64,000 nt of DNA from Anaerolineae bacterium (GTDB taxonomy: Bacteria > Chloroflexota > Anaerolineae > Aggregatilineales > UBA3940): positions 3,006 through 67,005 of the forward strand of contig JAFGLD010000096.1 in the NCBI GenBank assembly GCA_016928235.1, read 5' to 3'. Below the pieces are notes generated by a model. That model had not been told where the DNA came from and searched no databases. It saw nothing but the letters and a program-made list of their open reading frames with translations. Positions within the stretch are counted from its first letter, which is position 1; the number at the start of each line of letters is the position of its first letter. Positions 16,920 through 26,825 of this stretch are shown here, piece after piece. The position numbers and the translations under genes were made by a program.

Positions 16920-18581
16920 CTATCCCAATGTCTTGTCGATCAATTCCTGTAATACACCATCTTCGATCAATGAGCCTTTTTGTAATAAGCCCTGCACCTG
17001 ACCGGCCAGCCGGGCACGTTCATCGGCTGTCAGGTCCTTGGCCGTCACAATCACAACCGGCACGTCACGCAGCGACTCATCTGCTTTGAGACGATCCAGG
17101 ACGCCAAAGCCATCCATACCGGGCATCATCAGATCAAGCACAATAATATCGGGCCGGACACTCTGCACCATCTCGATACCTGCTTCGCCATCCGGAGCCA
17201 GATAGACATCCTGGACGCCATGCGCGCGCAAAATGCGCGCCATGAGCTTCGATGCGCCTGGGTCATCCTCAATAACCACCACCCGTCCCACGCGCCGATC
17301 GACCGTTTCTAACGCAGTCAGAAGTCCCTCGTGGGGAATAGCAGGCTGTGTCACAGACGCCACGTCCAGATCGCGAATCAGCTCATCACCCAGGATGTGC
17401 TTCTCGACAGGGAATGTATGGCCAGAACAATTCAACACGACCACTTCATCGGGGTCGATCATCTTCTGACGCACCATCTTAAATAAGCCGGCAAAAGCCA
17501 ATGCGGTAGCTGGTTCTACCGAGAGACCTTCAAGTTGAGCAACAGTTTTGAGCGCCTGGAAGGCTTCATCATCGTGAACCGACTCAAAGATACCCCCATG
17601 CTCCAACACTTCGTGACGCAAAACGCTATAGGCGATACCGGGAACATCGGTGGCTACAGTGGCAATACGTGTACTGGGCTTCAGAAAAGGAGGCGCTTCT
17701 TCCTGCCCGGCTTTGAAAGCCCGTACCATGGGGTCACAACCGGACGATTGGATATTAGCCAGCTTAGGAAACCCTTGAGCCAGGCCATATTGCTCCATCT
17801 CACGGAAGCCCTTCATCAGACCTATTGGGCCAAGACCACCGCTGACCGATTGAATATACCAGTCAGGCGTACGCCAAGGAATATCATTGGATGTAGGCCC
17901 ATATATCTCAGCCAGTTGCGCTGCCATCTCAAAGGCCATCGTCTTCATCGACTCTTTAGCGGCCAGGCTCTTGATGCCACGGTCAAGAAACAGCCCTTTG
18001 CTATCAGCAAAACGGGAGGCAACCTGCTTGGCCTGATCGTATGTGCCGGTGACCTTCACAAGCTCAGCGCCATAGATCGTCACCTCACGCATCTTCTCTA
18101 CCGGAACGCTGCTGATAGTAAAAACCCACATCTTGATCTTGGCTCGAGCTGCATAGGCTGCATAAGCAATCGCAACGTTACCGGTACTGGCAACAACAGC
18201 CTCTTTGACACCGATCTCGCGCATTGTAGAGATGGCTAAGGCAGCTTGCCGATCTTTGAAAGAGCCGGTTGGCCCCTGGCGCTCATCCTTGATGTAGAGA
18301 TGGCGCAGCCCTAACATAGCCGCCAAATTTTCAGAACGAAGGAGTGGTGTACCGCCCTCACCCATCGATAAGATGTTGGCATCATCGCGGATTGGCAAAA
18401 GCTCGCGGTAACGCCACATTGTGTCGGGGCGATTTCTCAACACAGCAGGCCACGGTAGAGGCGTATCAAGCTCGTACTCTGCTTCCAGATAGGTACCTCC
18501 ACATACAGGGCATGCTACCAATGGGTAGGTATATTCTTCGCTATGATGGCAGTTGGCACATCGTGTAATGATTCGTTTCAT
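16920..18581 (-). CDS. threonine-synthase-like PLP enzyme with an N-terminal zinc ribbon and a C-terminal receiver (REC) domain
   Basis: Zinc ribbon CANCHH...CPVCGG. PLP-lysine motif PTGSFKDRQA and a tryptophan-synthase-beta-like fold (ASTGNVAIAYAAYAA, SGGLGPIG). The C-terminal 120 aa (16920-17282) are a complete REC domain: VVVIEDD...IIVLDLMMPGMDG...VVIVTAK. Confidence 0.8.
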   Translation of the reverse strand: MKRIITRCANCHHSEEYTYPLVACPVCGGTYLEAEYELDTPLPWPAVLRNRPDTMWRYRELLPIRDDANILSMGEGGTPLLRSENLAAMLGLRHLYIKDERQGPTGSFKDRQAALAISTMREIGVKEAVVASTGNVAIAYAAYAARAKIKMWVFTISSVPVEKMREVTIYGAELVKVTGTYDQAKQVASRFADSKGLFLDRGIKSLAAKESMKTMAFEMAAQLAEIYGPTSNDIPWRTPDWYIQSVSGGLGPIGLMKGFREMEQYGLAQGFPKLANIQSSGCDPMVRAFKAGQEEAPPFLKPSTRIATVATDVPGIAYSVLRHEVLEHGGIFESVHDDEAFQALKTVAQLEGLSVEPATALAFAGLFKMVRQKMIDPDEVVVLNCSGHTFPVEKHILGDELIRDLDVASVTQPAIPHEGLLTALETVDRRVGRVVVIEDDPGASKLMARILRAHGVQDVYLAPDGEAGIEMVQSVRPDIIVLDLMMPGMDGFGVLDRLKADESLRDVPVVIVTAKDLTADERARLAGQVQGLLQKGSLIEDGVLQELIDKTLG

Positions 18582-18879
18582 TGGCTTGGACCTATCTAAG
18601 TTACATTCGATATGCAAGTTTTTGATACTGAGGGCAAATCGATGTGAATCCCGCAATATGTAAGCAAGTCATCCATTATCATTTCTTGCCGCATGCCCGA
18701 GATCGGGTCGGCGATCCCTCGTAGGGATGGGGCCGAGCCTATTCGTCGACAGCATCATGACCAGTCGTACAAGACATCGCACATCATTTTGTTACATCAA
18801 TACCAACCGGCTCATCAGGAAAGGGTGCAGGGCTTTATCCGCTCCGCACCCCTGATAACACCGTCATACAATCCCTATT

Positions 18880-21800
18880 TTATTTAGGAACTTTTTCCCA
18901 GGTAGTCGCCAATGCTGCCAGAAGCTGTTCCGGAGTAGCTTCGTTCTTGTTTAAATAAGCCGTTAACGATTCTCCCAATCGTTCCATAGCATCCCCGGGA
19001 AGCTCGCGGGATGAAACGATCAAGATAGGTAAATTTCGCGTCTGCTCCTGCGTCCGCAGTGAAGCCAGAAGACCATAGCCATCCATATCAGGCAGGTCCA
19101 GATCGACAATGAGTATGTCGGGCTTTTGTTCATGGAGCGTTTGTAGCCCTTCGTGTCCAAGCCCAACAACATTGGCATTATATCGCTGAGTGAGCAAGAG
19201 AGTCTCTTGCATGGTTCGAGCATATTGTTCATTACCATCGAGTATCAAGACAGATAATGCCTTCTCAACCATACCTCCCAATGCCCGGTTCAATGCCTCC
19301 AGCAGATCTTCCTCGATGATCGGTTTGACGAGATATTCCGTTACACCGACATTATTGGCTCGTTGGCGCGCATCTTCGATGCTACAGATGACGATGGGAA
19401 TATCGCGCGTGTCCTCTGCCTGTTTGAGTTGGTCGATGGCCACCCAGCCATCCACGTTCGGCATGTTGAGATCGAGCAGAATAGCGACCGGCTGAAACTC
19501 ACGCACCCTGTTGAGCAGATCGCCGGCGTTGCTTAAACCGACAATGGCATAACCCTGCTTTTCCAGATAGCGGCTGTATAAATCGAGAACGCCAGGCTCA
19601 TCGTCCACCGCCAACACCACTGGACGACCATCATCATTCTTTGGCAGGAACACAATATCAGAGCTCTCCTGCTGTTGTGCATGAAGCGGAACAGTAAAAC
19701 TGAATATTGAGCCGACACCTTTCTCGCTCTCGACCCACATCCGTCCGCCATGCATCTCGATGAACTGCCGGGAGATTGCCAAACCCAGACCCGTACCACC
19801 GACCTGTCGCGTTGTCGAGCCATCGACCTGACTGAAAGCCTGAAAGAGCTTGCCGATATCCTCTTGAGAAATACCGATGCCTGTATCGACAACATCGACC
19901 TGAACACGGGACGGCTCACCTGTCTCCGGGTCGTAATCCTTATGTGAAGCTCGAATAGTAATGCTACCTTCATGGGTAAATTTTGCGGCGTTAGCCACCA
20001 GGTTAAGCAAGACGCCCCGTACACGGACCGGGTCACCATACACATTGGGTAGATCGGCCTCTATCTCCTTGAAGATCTGGATCGGCTTATCACTGATCAA
20101 GCCCTGTCCGGTAGCCATCACGCCATCAACGATCTCAGGCAAGGAGATGTAATCCGGCTGAATCTCCATCTTGCCGGCTTCAATCTTGGAGATGTCGAGA
20201 ATATCGTTGATAAGCCCTAAAAGATGCTGGCCACTTTGATAGATGGTGTTCAGGTCCTGGGATTGCAGATCGCTGAGCGGGCCGTCGATCCCTTTCAACA
20301 TCACGCGGGAGAAACCAATGATCGAATTCAGCGGTGTACGGAGCTCATGGCTCATGTTGGCCAGGAACTGGCCCTTGAGCTTATCAAGCTCACGTAGCTG
20401 ATCGTTGGCTCGTGTGATCTGGTCGAGCAATCGGGCATTCTGGATAATGGCTGTCAGCGTGCTGGATGCCGCCTCCAAAAGACGCAGCTCCCGATCCCCA
20501 AAGACATTCACTTCCGAGCTGGCGAGCATCAGCACACCGATCGATTCGGCGCCTGCGCGGAGTGGAACGATCAGAGCTGCCTGAATGCGATCATCGAACT
20601 CACCATAGCGAGGATCTGTTTGTGTGTTAGGCGTGACCAGGGGAATACCATCCTCGGCTACCATACCAATGACAGTCTCTCCCAATTTGATCCGTGGATA
20701 GCGCACAGCAATGTCACGACCAAAGCCAACCGCAGCATGTGGCTCGAGTGTGTTGTCATCAGGACTAACCAGGTGGATGATGGCTGCCTCTGCCCCAGGT
20801 ATCTCGGTGAGGAGGATATTGGTTACGTTGGAGAGAGCTTCATCCAGTTCAGTCGTTGCGACAGCGGCTCTGGTGATATTGAACAGGAAACCAAGCTCAG
20901 ATGCGCGCCGCTGCGCTTCATCGAGCAGTTCAGCGTTACGGATCTTAACAGAGATATAGGCGGCCAGTGTGGTCAGTTGCCGGACATGTGTCTCGTTATA
21001 AGCGAATTCTCTATCCGGATCCTGGATGCTGATAACACCGATGATCTCATCACCTAGCAGGAGTGGAACAGCCAACAAGCTCTTAGGTATTGTTCCACTG
21101 ATTTGCGCGTCCAGTTTTTGAGCATTTTCTTGGACATTCTCATTAATCAGGAGAACCTCTCTGGTCTTCAGAACATAATTGGTCAGACCTTGTCCAATCG
21201 GGATAGCACCAATGGGAGGTATACGCTGACCGTTCTCCATGAAGATGGGAAGCTGGATCATGTCTTTTTCGGCAGACACAGCCAGGAAACCGTGCTGCGC
21301 GCCAAAAGTATGCTGCAATTGCGTAGCAACAACATCGTAGAGATCGCTTAAAGTCTCAGCGCGGGAAACGGCCTGAGAGATCAAGTTGACAGTGGTTAGC
21401 TCTGCCACACGATCCTGAATTTCCCGGAAGAGTTGGGCGTTTTCAAGCGTCACAGAAATCTGGTCAGCCAGCGACTGCAGGATAACCTGAGCCTCGGTAT
21501 CGAAAGCCTTGACTTGTGTACTCTGCACATCCAAAGCGCCAATAATCCGGTCACCCGTTCTGAGCGGTACGGCCATCTCGGCCCGCGTATTAGGTAATAG
21601 CTCATTGCGCTGGTGAATGGGATCTGTGTCGGTATCATGGATGATCACAGGTTCTCCTTGAGCCGTAACCTGCCCAATTACCGATTGCGACCCGACAGCC
21701 AATCTATGTTCACGCTGCAACAACTCCTGACCGATATCACCGGTGCTGGCATGCAGCATCGCCCATTCATTTGTATCATCGATCAAGAAAATCTGAGCAT

Positions 21801-24486
21801 GGTAATACCCAAACACTTCACTGATCTTATCCACCGTGAGAGGCAACAAGATATCCGGGTTGAGGATCGATGATGCAGCATGAGAGACTTCGTTGACCGC
21901 TTGCAAGCGACGGACACGCACCTGCGATTCGGAGAAGAGACGTAATCCTTCCAAAGCCGTAGCTGCCTGGTCGGCGATAGCTTCAAAAAAGCGCTGATCA
22001 GACTCCGCAAAGACATTAGTGTTATGCTGGCTATGTAGTAGCAACCAACCAAGAATACGCCCACCGGTAATCACAGGAAACTGGGCCATCGACTTAACAT
22101 TAAACCGCCTCAGAGTATCTCTGACATGATCTTCAAGAATGGCTGTTTCTGTGTTGTTGACAACCAGGCCGCTGCCTATCTCGTCCAGATCATATTCCAG
22201 CAATAATGGAAACTGCTCTACAAGCATACGCTCAGGCAGCGCCATCACCTGATCATTGGGATCTCCGGACCAGCGACCCAACAATTGCAACCATCGTCCT
22301 CCCTCTGTCATGCCGGATTCGTCGACCAGAACCACCATGGCACGGTCGATCGTACTACCGCGCATGGCGCCCAGCAGGACATTCGTGAGATTAGGTATGG
22401 AGTCAGCTGCCGCAATCTGCTGGCTTGCTTCGTAGAGTCGGTTGGACTCCATCAGAGAGGCCTGTGTCTGTTCAAAAAGACGCGCATTTTCGATGGCAAG
22501 CGCGACACGATCCAGCACCTGTCCAACCAATAGTCTGTCATCCTCAGAGATAACCTGGCCTGGTTGCAATCGTGTAGCCAATTCGCCGATAACCTCGCCA
22601 CGTAGCGCAATCGGCATATTCACGCGCTGTCCCCTGCCGCCATCTTCGTCATCAACCGGTGACAGTGGACGAACATCGCTCAAGTCATATTTGAAACCGA
22701 CTATTTCAGGCGATTGTTTGCGCCGTGAGACATAGGAGTCCCAGCTCTCGCGGGTAAGCGCCTGAGTCAGTTGGAGTGATGCGGCAAGCAAACTTTCTTT
22801 CTCTTGGAACAGATGAACATTACGAAACGCTGACGCAAGCTGATCTGCAATTGTCTTAAACGCCACAATCGTCTCGTCGTCAAAAGAATCAGGATGGACC
22901 GATTGTATATCCAATGCCCCGATAATCTCATCTCCTACACGCAGAGGAACAGCCAGCTCAGCACGTGTATCCGGTAACAGATCGTTGCGTCGATGGATAG
23001 GGCTATCCTCTGTATCAAGAACAAGAATGGGATCTCCATGCATCGTTGCCTGGCCAATAACTGACTGAGAGCCCACCTGAAGCTTATGGCCACGAGAAAG
23101 CAGCTCCCGGCCAACCGCGCCTGTACTCGCTCGCAGAACAGCATATTGATGCAGGTCATCTGTCATAAAAATCTGGACATGATAGTAATCCAGACGGTCA
23201 CGAATGGTATTAATGGTTGCAGTGAGCAGGCGGTCTAGATCAGTCTCGGTCGCCAGAACACGACTGATCTGGGATGTGATCTCAAGCTGTTGGTTGCGCT
23301 CAGTAATGGTTTTCTGGTGTTTTTCAAGCATTGAACGGGTGCGGCCAAGCATACGATTGAACGCATCTGCCAGCCGACTAAACTCAAGCGCATCGGTCAG
23401 GGGAGCCTCGATATCCATCTCGCCCCCGGCTGCCTGCATGGCAACTGCATATAGACGTTCGACAGGAGAAATAATGCGCCGCGCAAAGAAAACGGCCAAA
23501 ATGATCGCCAACAGGGCGATTATGGCGCCCAAAATTAACTGAGATCCCAGAATACTCTCTACTTCGCCGAGAACCGTTCCAGTATTTGTCGCAACGATGA
23601 GCGACATGTGCAGTGGCGCAATCCAACGATAAACGCCATAGACATGCTGCCCCCGATAGTCGACCCATTCACCTGAACCATCTTGTCCTGACAGCGCCGT
23701 GGCAACGATCTCTTCTTTGGCGAGATCGCCTGCAGCTTGCGGTGGCGGCATCACATAACGTCTTCCCTCCTCTACCAGATAATAATAGCTGGTCTCCGTC
23801 TGAGGAAGATCAAGCAAAATGACCAGAAGGTTTGAGAGCGTGACACGCCCACATAAGACACCAGTGGGAGAAGATGAGCCCTCCGGCTGCACAGCCACAG
23901 CAAAGTATAGACTTGGAACATCCTTCTCATAAGGATCTGCGATTGGCCCAACTGTTACCACTGTATCCGGATTCTGCAAGGCCGCTTGCAACCAAGGCTC
24001 TCCACTAAGATCCGGGTTGGCGAGGTTAAAAACAGGATCGTTGCCACCCAACAGCACTCCGTCAAGATCGACAAGAAACACACGGTCGTAAAGCCCTTGC
24101 ACGCTGGCAAGATAAGGGGTAGCAAGCGCGCTAATTCGTTCTGTAAAGGCTCGTTGCACCTCGGCCTTAGTGGTCGGATCTGCGTCTGGAGGCAAAGTAG
24201 TCAGCTGCTCGATCATAGGAGAAAGAGAAGGGTTGTCTCGGATTTTCAACAACTCAGTTTGACGTTCGGATGCCCATTTTTCTAGTACCGCCGTCTGGAT
24301 ATCCGCCATAGTGTCTAACTGGGTTATAGCCTTTGCTCGCTCGCGAGTCAGGTGGGTTATATTGCTAATTGCAATAAGCCCGGCTATCGGCAGCAAGATC
24401 AGAACAAGAAACACGATCAACAATTGTGTTCTTAAACGTCCCTGTCGTGGTATGAATCGGTTCTGCAATCGTCTTGTGCTACTCAT
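18880..24486 (-). CDS. multi-GAF hybrid sensor histidine kinase (TM - extracytoplasmic domain - TM - HAMP - about 7 GAF - HisKA - HATPase_c - REC - REC)
   Basis: 1868 aa. H-box FLANMSHELRTPLNSI (about 20341-20385). G-boxes DTGIGI / GGTGLGLAISR. REC1 about 19276-19623 (LAVDDE...LLDLNMPNVDG). REC2 about 18976-19257 (ILIVDLDLPDMDG). Repeated GAF cores include YYH(V/A)QIF...VGSQSVIGQ...LLP(D/N)TRAE(L/M)AVPL...IIGALD(I/V)QS. The start overlaps the upstream stop (ATGAGTAG). Confidence 0.9.
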   Translation of the reverse strand: MSSTRRLQNRFIPRQGRLRTQLLIVFLVLILLPIAGLIAISNITHLTRERAKAITQLDTMADIQTAVLEKWASERQTELLKIRDNPSLSPMIEQLTTLPPDADPTTKAEVQRAFTERISALATPYLASVQGLYDRVFLVDLDGVLLGGNDPVFNLANPDLSGEPWLQAALQNPDTVVTVGPIADPYEKDVPSLYFAVAVQPEGSSSPTGVLCGRVTLSNLLVILLDLPQTETSYYYLVEEGRRYVMPPPQAAGDLAKEEIVATALSGQDGSGEWVDYRGQHVYGVYRWIAPLHMSLIVATNTGTVLGEVESILGSQLILGAIIALLAIILAVFFARRIISPVERLYAVAMQAAGGEMDIEAPLTDALEFSRLADAFNRMLGRTRSMLEKHQKTITERNQQLEITSQISRVLATETDLDRLLTATINTIRDRLDYYHVQIFMTDDLHQYAVLRASTGAVGRELLSRGHKLQVGSQSVIGQATMHGDPILVLDTEDSPIHRRNDLLPDTRAELAVPLRVGDEIIGALDIQSVHPDSFDDETIVAFKTIADQLASAFRNVHLFQEKESLLAASLQLTQALTRESWDSYVSRRKQSPEIVGFKYDLSDVRPLSPVDDEDGGRGQRVNMPIALRGEVIGELATRLQPGQVISEDDRLLVGQVLDRVALAIENARLFEQTQASLMESNRLYEASQQIAAADSIPNLTNVLLGAMRGSTIDRAMVVLVDESGMTEGGRWLQLLGRWSGDPNDQVMALPERMLVEQFPLLLEYDLDEIGSGLVVNNTETAILEDHVRDTLRRFNVKSMAQFPVITGGRILGWLLLHSQHNTNVFAESDQRFFEAIADQAATALEGLRLFSESQVRVRRLQAVNEVSHAASSILNPDILLPLTVDKISEVFGYYHAQIFLIDDTNEWAMLHASTGDIGQELLQREHRLAVGSQSVIGQVTAQGEPVIIHDTDTDPIHQRNELLPNTRAEMAVPLRTGDRIIGALDVQSTQVKAFDTEAQVILQSLADQISVTLENAQLFREIQDRVAELTTVNLISQAVSRAETLSDLYDVVATQLQHTFGAQHGFLAVSAEKDMIQLPIFMENGQRIPPIGAIPIGQGLTNYVLKTREVLLINENVQENAQKLDAQISGTIPKSLLAVPLLLGDEIIGVISIQDPDREFAYNETHVRQLTTLAAYISVKIRNAELLDEAQRRASELGFLFNITRAAVATTELDEALSNVTNILLTEIPGAEAAIIHLVSPDDNTLEPHAAVGFGRDIAVRYPRIKLGETVIGMVAEDGIPLVTPNTQTDPRYGEFDDRIQAALIVPLRAGAESIGVLMLASSEVNVFGDRELRLLEAASSTLTAIIQNARLLDQITRANDQLRELDKLKGQFLANMSHELRTPLNSIIGFSRVMLKGIDGPLSDLQSQDLNTIYQSGQHLLGLINDILDISKIEAGKMEIQPDYISLPEIVDGVMATGQGLISDKPIQIFKEIEADLPNVYGDPVRVRGVLLNLVANAAKFTHEGSITIRASHKDYDPETGEPSRVQVDVVDTGIGISQEDIGKLFQAFSQVDGSTTRQVGGTGLGLAISRQFIEMHGGRMWVESEKGVGSIFSFTVPLHAQQQESSDIVFLPKNDDGRPVVLAVDDEPGVLDLYSRYLEKQGYAIVGLSNAGDLLNRVREFQPVAILLDLNMPNVDGWVAIDQLKQAEDTRDIPIVICSIEDARQRANNVGVTEYLVKPIIEEDLLEALNRALGGMVEKALSVLILDGNEQYARTMQETLLLTQRYNANVVGLGHEGLQTLHEQKPDILIVDLDLPDMDGYGLLASLRTQEQTRNLPILIVSSRELPGDAMERLGESLTAYLNKNEATPEQLLAALATTWEKVPK

Positions 24487-26680
24487 AGCTGTCGTCCAGT
24501 TTCTCTCGCCGCAACTGTACGCTGGTTTGAGGAGCGCGTAACACGCGGCCTAATTCCTTCACGGTTGTTTGTAAAATTTGATTCACATCAGTAGTGCCGA
24601 CGATCTTTGCTGTGATGGCATTGATAATCTGCTCATGCTCGGCCCGGCGAGCAGTCTGCTCCATCAAACGCAGGTTCTCGAGTGCCAGCCCCACACGGTC
24701 GATCACTGCCTCAACCAGGGCAACATCGTCACCCGTTAACTTTCTAACCGTCTCGCCACCAAAACCAAAAGCTCCAATAACTTCACCGCGCACCTTGATT
24801 GGCACAGCCAGACTAATACCGTCTTCACCATCATCAAGTGACACCAACTGCCCACTCCGAACAGCTTGTCCCATCGGAGACGGGGATCGATTGGTGAATG
24901 GCTCGATCCTCTCATCCTCAAACTCATAGGCAAGCGGTACATCCGCATCGTGCGACTGACGATAGGCGTTCCAGGCTTCAGCTGTGATGCGGCGTTCCAG
25001 CATCTCTATGTTATCCAGAGCGTCCTTTAGCTCTCCGTGTAAACGAGCATTCTCCAGTGCAATAGCAAGCTGGTCAGCCATAATTTGAAAAACAGCCACA
25101 TCGTCCTGGTCGAAAGCATTAGGCGCGACACTCTGCAAATCCAGTGCTCCAATGACCTCATCACCAATGCGCATGGGTAGAGCCATTTCAGAGCGCGTAT
25201 CCGGCAACAGCTCATTGCGCCTATGGACCGCACTACTATCTGTATCGGAGGCAATGACTGGCTCACCGCGCGATGTCACCTGTCCAATGACTGACTGTGA
25301 GCCAACTGATAGTGCATGTCTGCGAGCCAGCAGTTCACGCCCGGCAGTACCCGTGCTGGCTGTCAATACAGCATTTTCTTTTTTGTTGTCAACCAGGAAT
25401 ATCTGAGCATGATAAAAGCCAAAGCGATGCCGAATCAACTCTACAATTTCATTCATCAAATCGCGAGGGTCACGCAATGTCACCACAGCTCGCCCAATAT
25501 CACCTGTGATGCTCAGCTCTCTCGTGCGCTCTGCTACCCGCTGTTCCAATCCGGTGATCAACCCATCAAGTTGGGTTACCAGCACATTGAAACTGTCGCC
25601 CAATTGACTAAACTCATCCTTGCCTTCAACACTTATCCGTGTCTGTAGATTGCCTGCCGAGATACGCCTGGACGCGTCGAGTATCCCCCATAGATTTCGA
25701 GAGATATCACGGCCAAACACCATGGGGATAAACCCACTCGCTACAATCCCCACAGCCATCACAATCATCAAGAAGATACGCTGACTATTGAGTGTAGCCA
25801 TCATGATATCAAGCGGAGAACCAACTCTATCTTCTACAACATTGTTGAGACGTGAAGTTTCGTTACGTAAGTCCGACAATGCGTTTTGAGCAGTATTGCC
25901 GATAACATCAATTTGCTCAACCTGGACAACGATGGATGACGCATTCTCTCGATACACCTGCAATAACTCGGCTTCATTACGTCTTCGATCCTCTGGGATT
26001 TGAGATTCGTAAATCTCCTGATATTTGACAATGGCTTGCTGGAAGACTATATAATCTTCCGACGCTTCTGATTGAATCACCACAGTCTCTAATGTACGCA
26101 AGGTATCTGCCTGACTGTTTAGAGATGCATCGTTTAATCTGGCCGTTGCAGTTCGTAATTGTTCCCCGGACTGCCGGAAACGGGTAATTGTACCGGAATC
26201 TGATGATGACAACTGTTGAACCAAGGCAATAATATTCAGGAAACTGACCCTTGAGGTGTTAGCCTTAGATTTAATGACATCTACTTGTGCCTGGAGCGCC
26301 CCGTGAGTTGCGTTGTCCGGAAGCCTTGCGCTGAGTTCCAGGAGTTGCTCTGTGTGTCCATTGAGGCTTTCGCTGATGTCAATATAGTTCGGAGGCAACG
26401 ATAGGATCAGCGGATCGAGGCCCGGCTGTCGATATTCATTGAGCAGCCTGTTCTGTAGACTCTGAAGACTCTCGACCTCTAACTGAATGTCTTGCGCCAG
26501 CGAACGCATCTCAATAGTCAACGCCATCGTGTTGTCCATTTGACGCCGGACAGCATTCAAAGCCAATAGACTTGACGACATCATCAAGGCAGTGAGTATC
26601 ATGAGCGAGACAGAAAGCAAAGCTGACTTTACTTGAATGGACAAGTTACGCCAGACAAAGAATTTATAGAAATGCTGCAC
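24479..26680 (-). CDS. output-less sensor: TM - ~270-aa helical extracytoplasmic domain - TM - HAMP - GAF - GAF - truncated GAF stub
   Basis: 733 aa with a GTG start after GGGAGG. GAF core FGFYHAQIFLVDN...VGSQSVIGQVT...HRRNELLPDTRSEMALPM...VIGALDLQS. I saw no kinase, cyclase or HTH motif. Confidence 0.85.
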   Translation of the reverse strand: MQHFYKFFVWRNLSIQVKSALLSVSLMILTALMMSSSLLALNAVRRQMDNTMALTIEMRSLAQDIQLEVESLQSLQNRLLNEYRQPGLDPLILSLPPNYIDISESLNGHTEQLLELSARLPDNATHGALQAQVDVIKSKANTSRVSFLNIIALVQQLSSSDSGTITRFRQSGEQLRTATARLNDASLNSQADTLRTLETVVIQSEASEDYIVFQQAIVKYQEIYESQIPEDRRRNEAELLQVYRENASSIVVQVEQIDVIGNTAQNALSDLRNETSRLNNVVEDRVGSPLDIMMATLNSQRIFLMIVMAVGIVASGFIPMVFGRDISRNLWGILDASRRISAGNLQTRISVEGKDEFSQLGDSFNVLVTQLDGLITGLEQRVAERTRELSITGDIGRAVVTLRDPRDLMNEIVELIRHRFGFYHAQIFLVDNKKENAVLTASTGTAGRELLARRHALSVGSQSVIGQVTSRGEPVIASDTDSSAVHRRNELLPDTRSEMALPMRIGDEVIGALDLQSVAPNAFDQDDVAVFQIMADQLAIALENARLHGELKDALDNIEMLERRITAEAWNAYRQSHDADVPLAYEFEDERIEPFTNRSPSPMGQAVRSGQLVSLDDGEDGISLAVPIKVRGEVIGAFGFGGETVRKLTGDDVALVEAVIDRVGLALENLRLMEQTARRAEHEQIINAITAKIVGTTDVNQILQTTVKELGRVLRAPQTSVQLRREKLDDSYE

Positions 26681-26825
26681 TACGCAACCTCCCAGTATAC
26701 CTAACGAGACATCTCACTCATATTTCACGAGGACAAAGGCCTGATGACAATTCCTTAGGTTCTGTTGACATTCGTGCTCAAAATCCGCGCCCTGGATATA
26801 CAGAAATGTCAACAAAACCTAGAAA

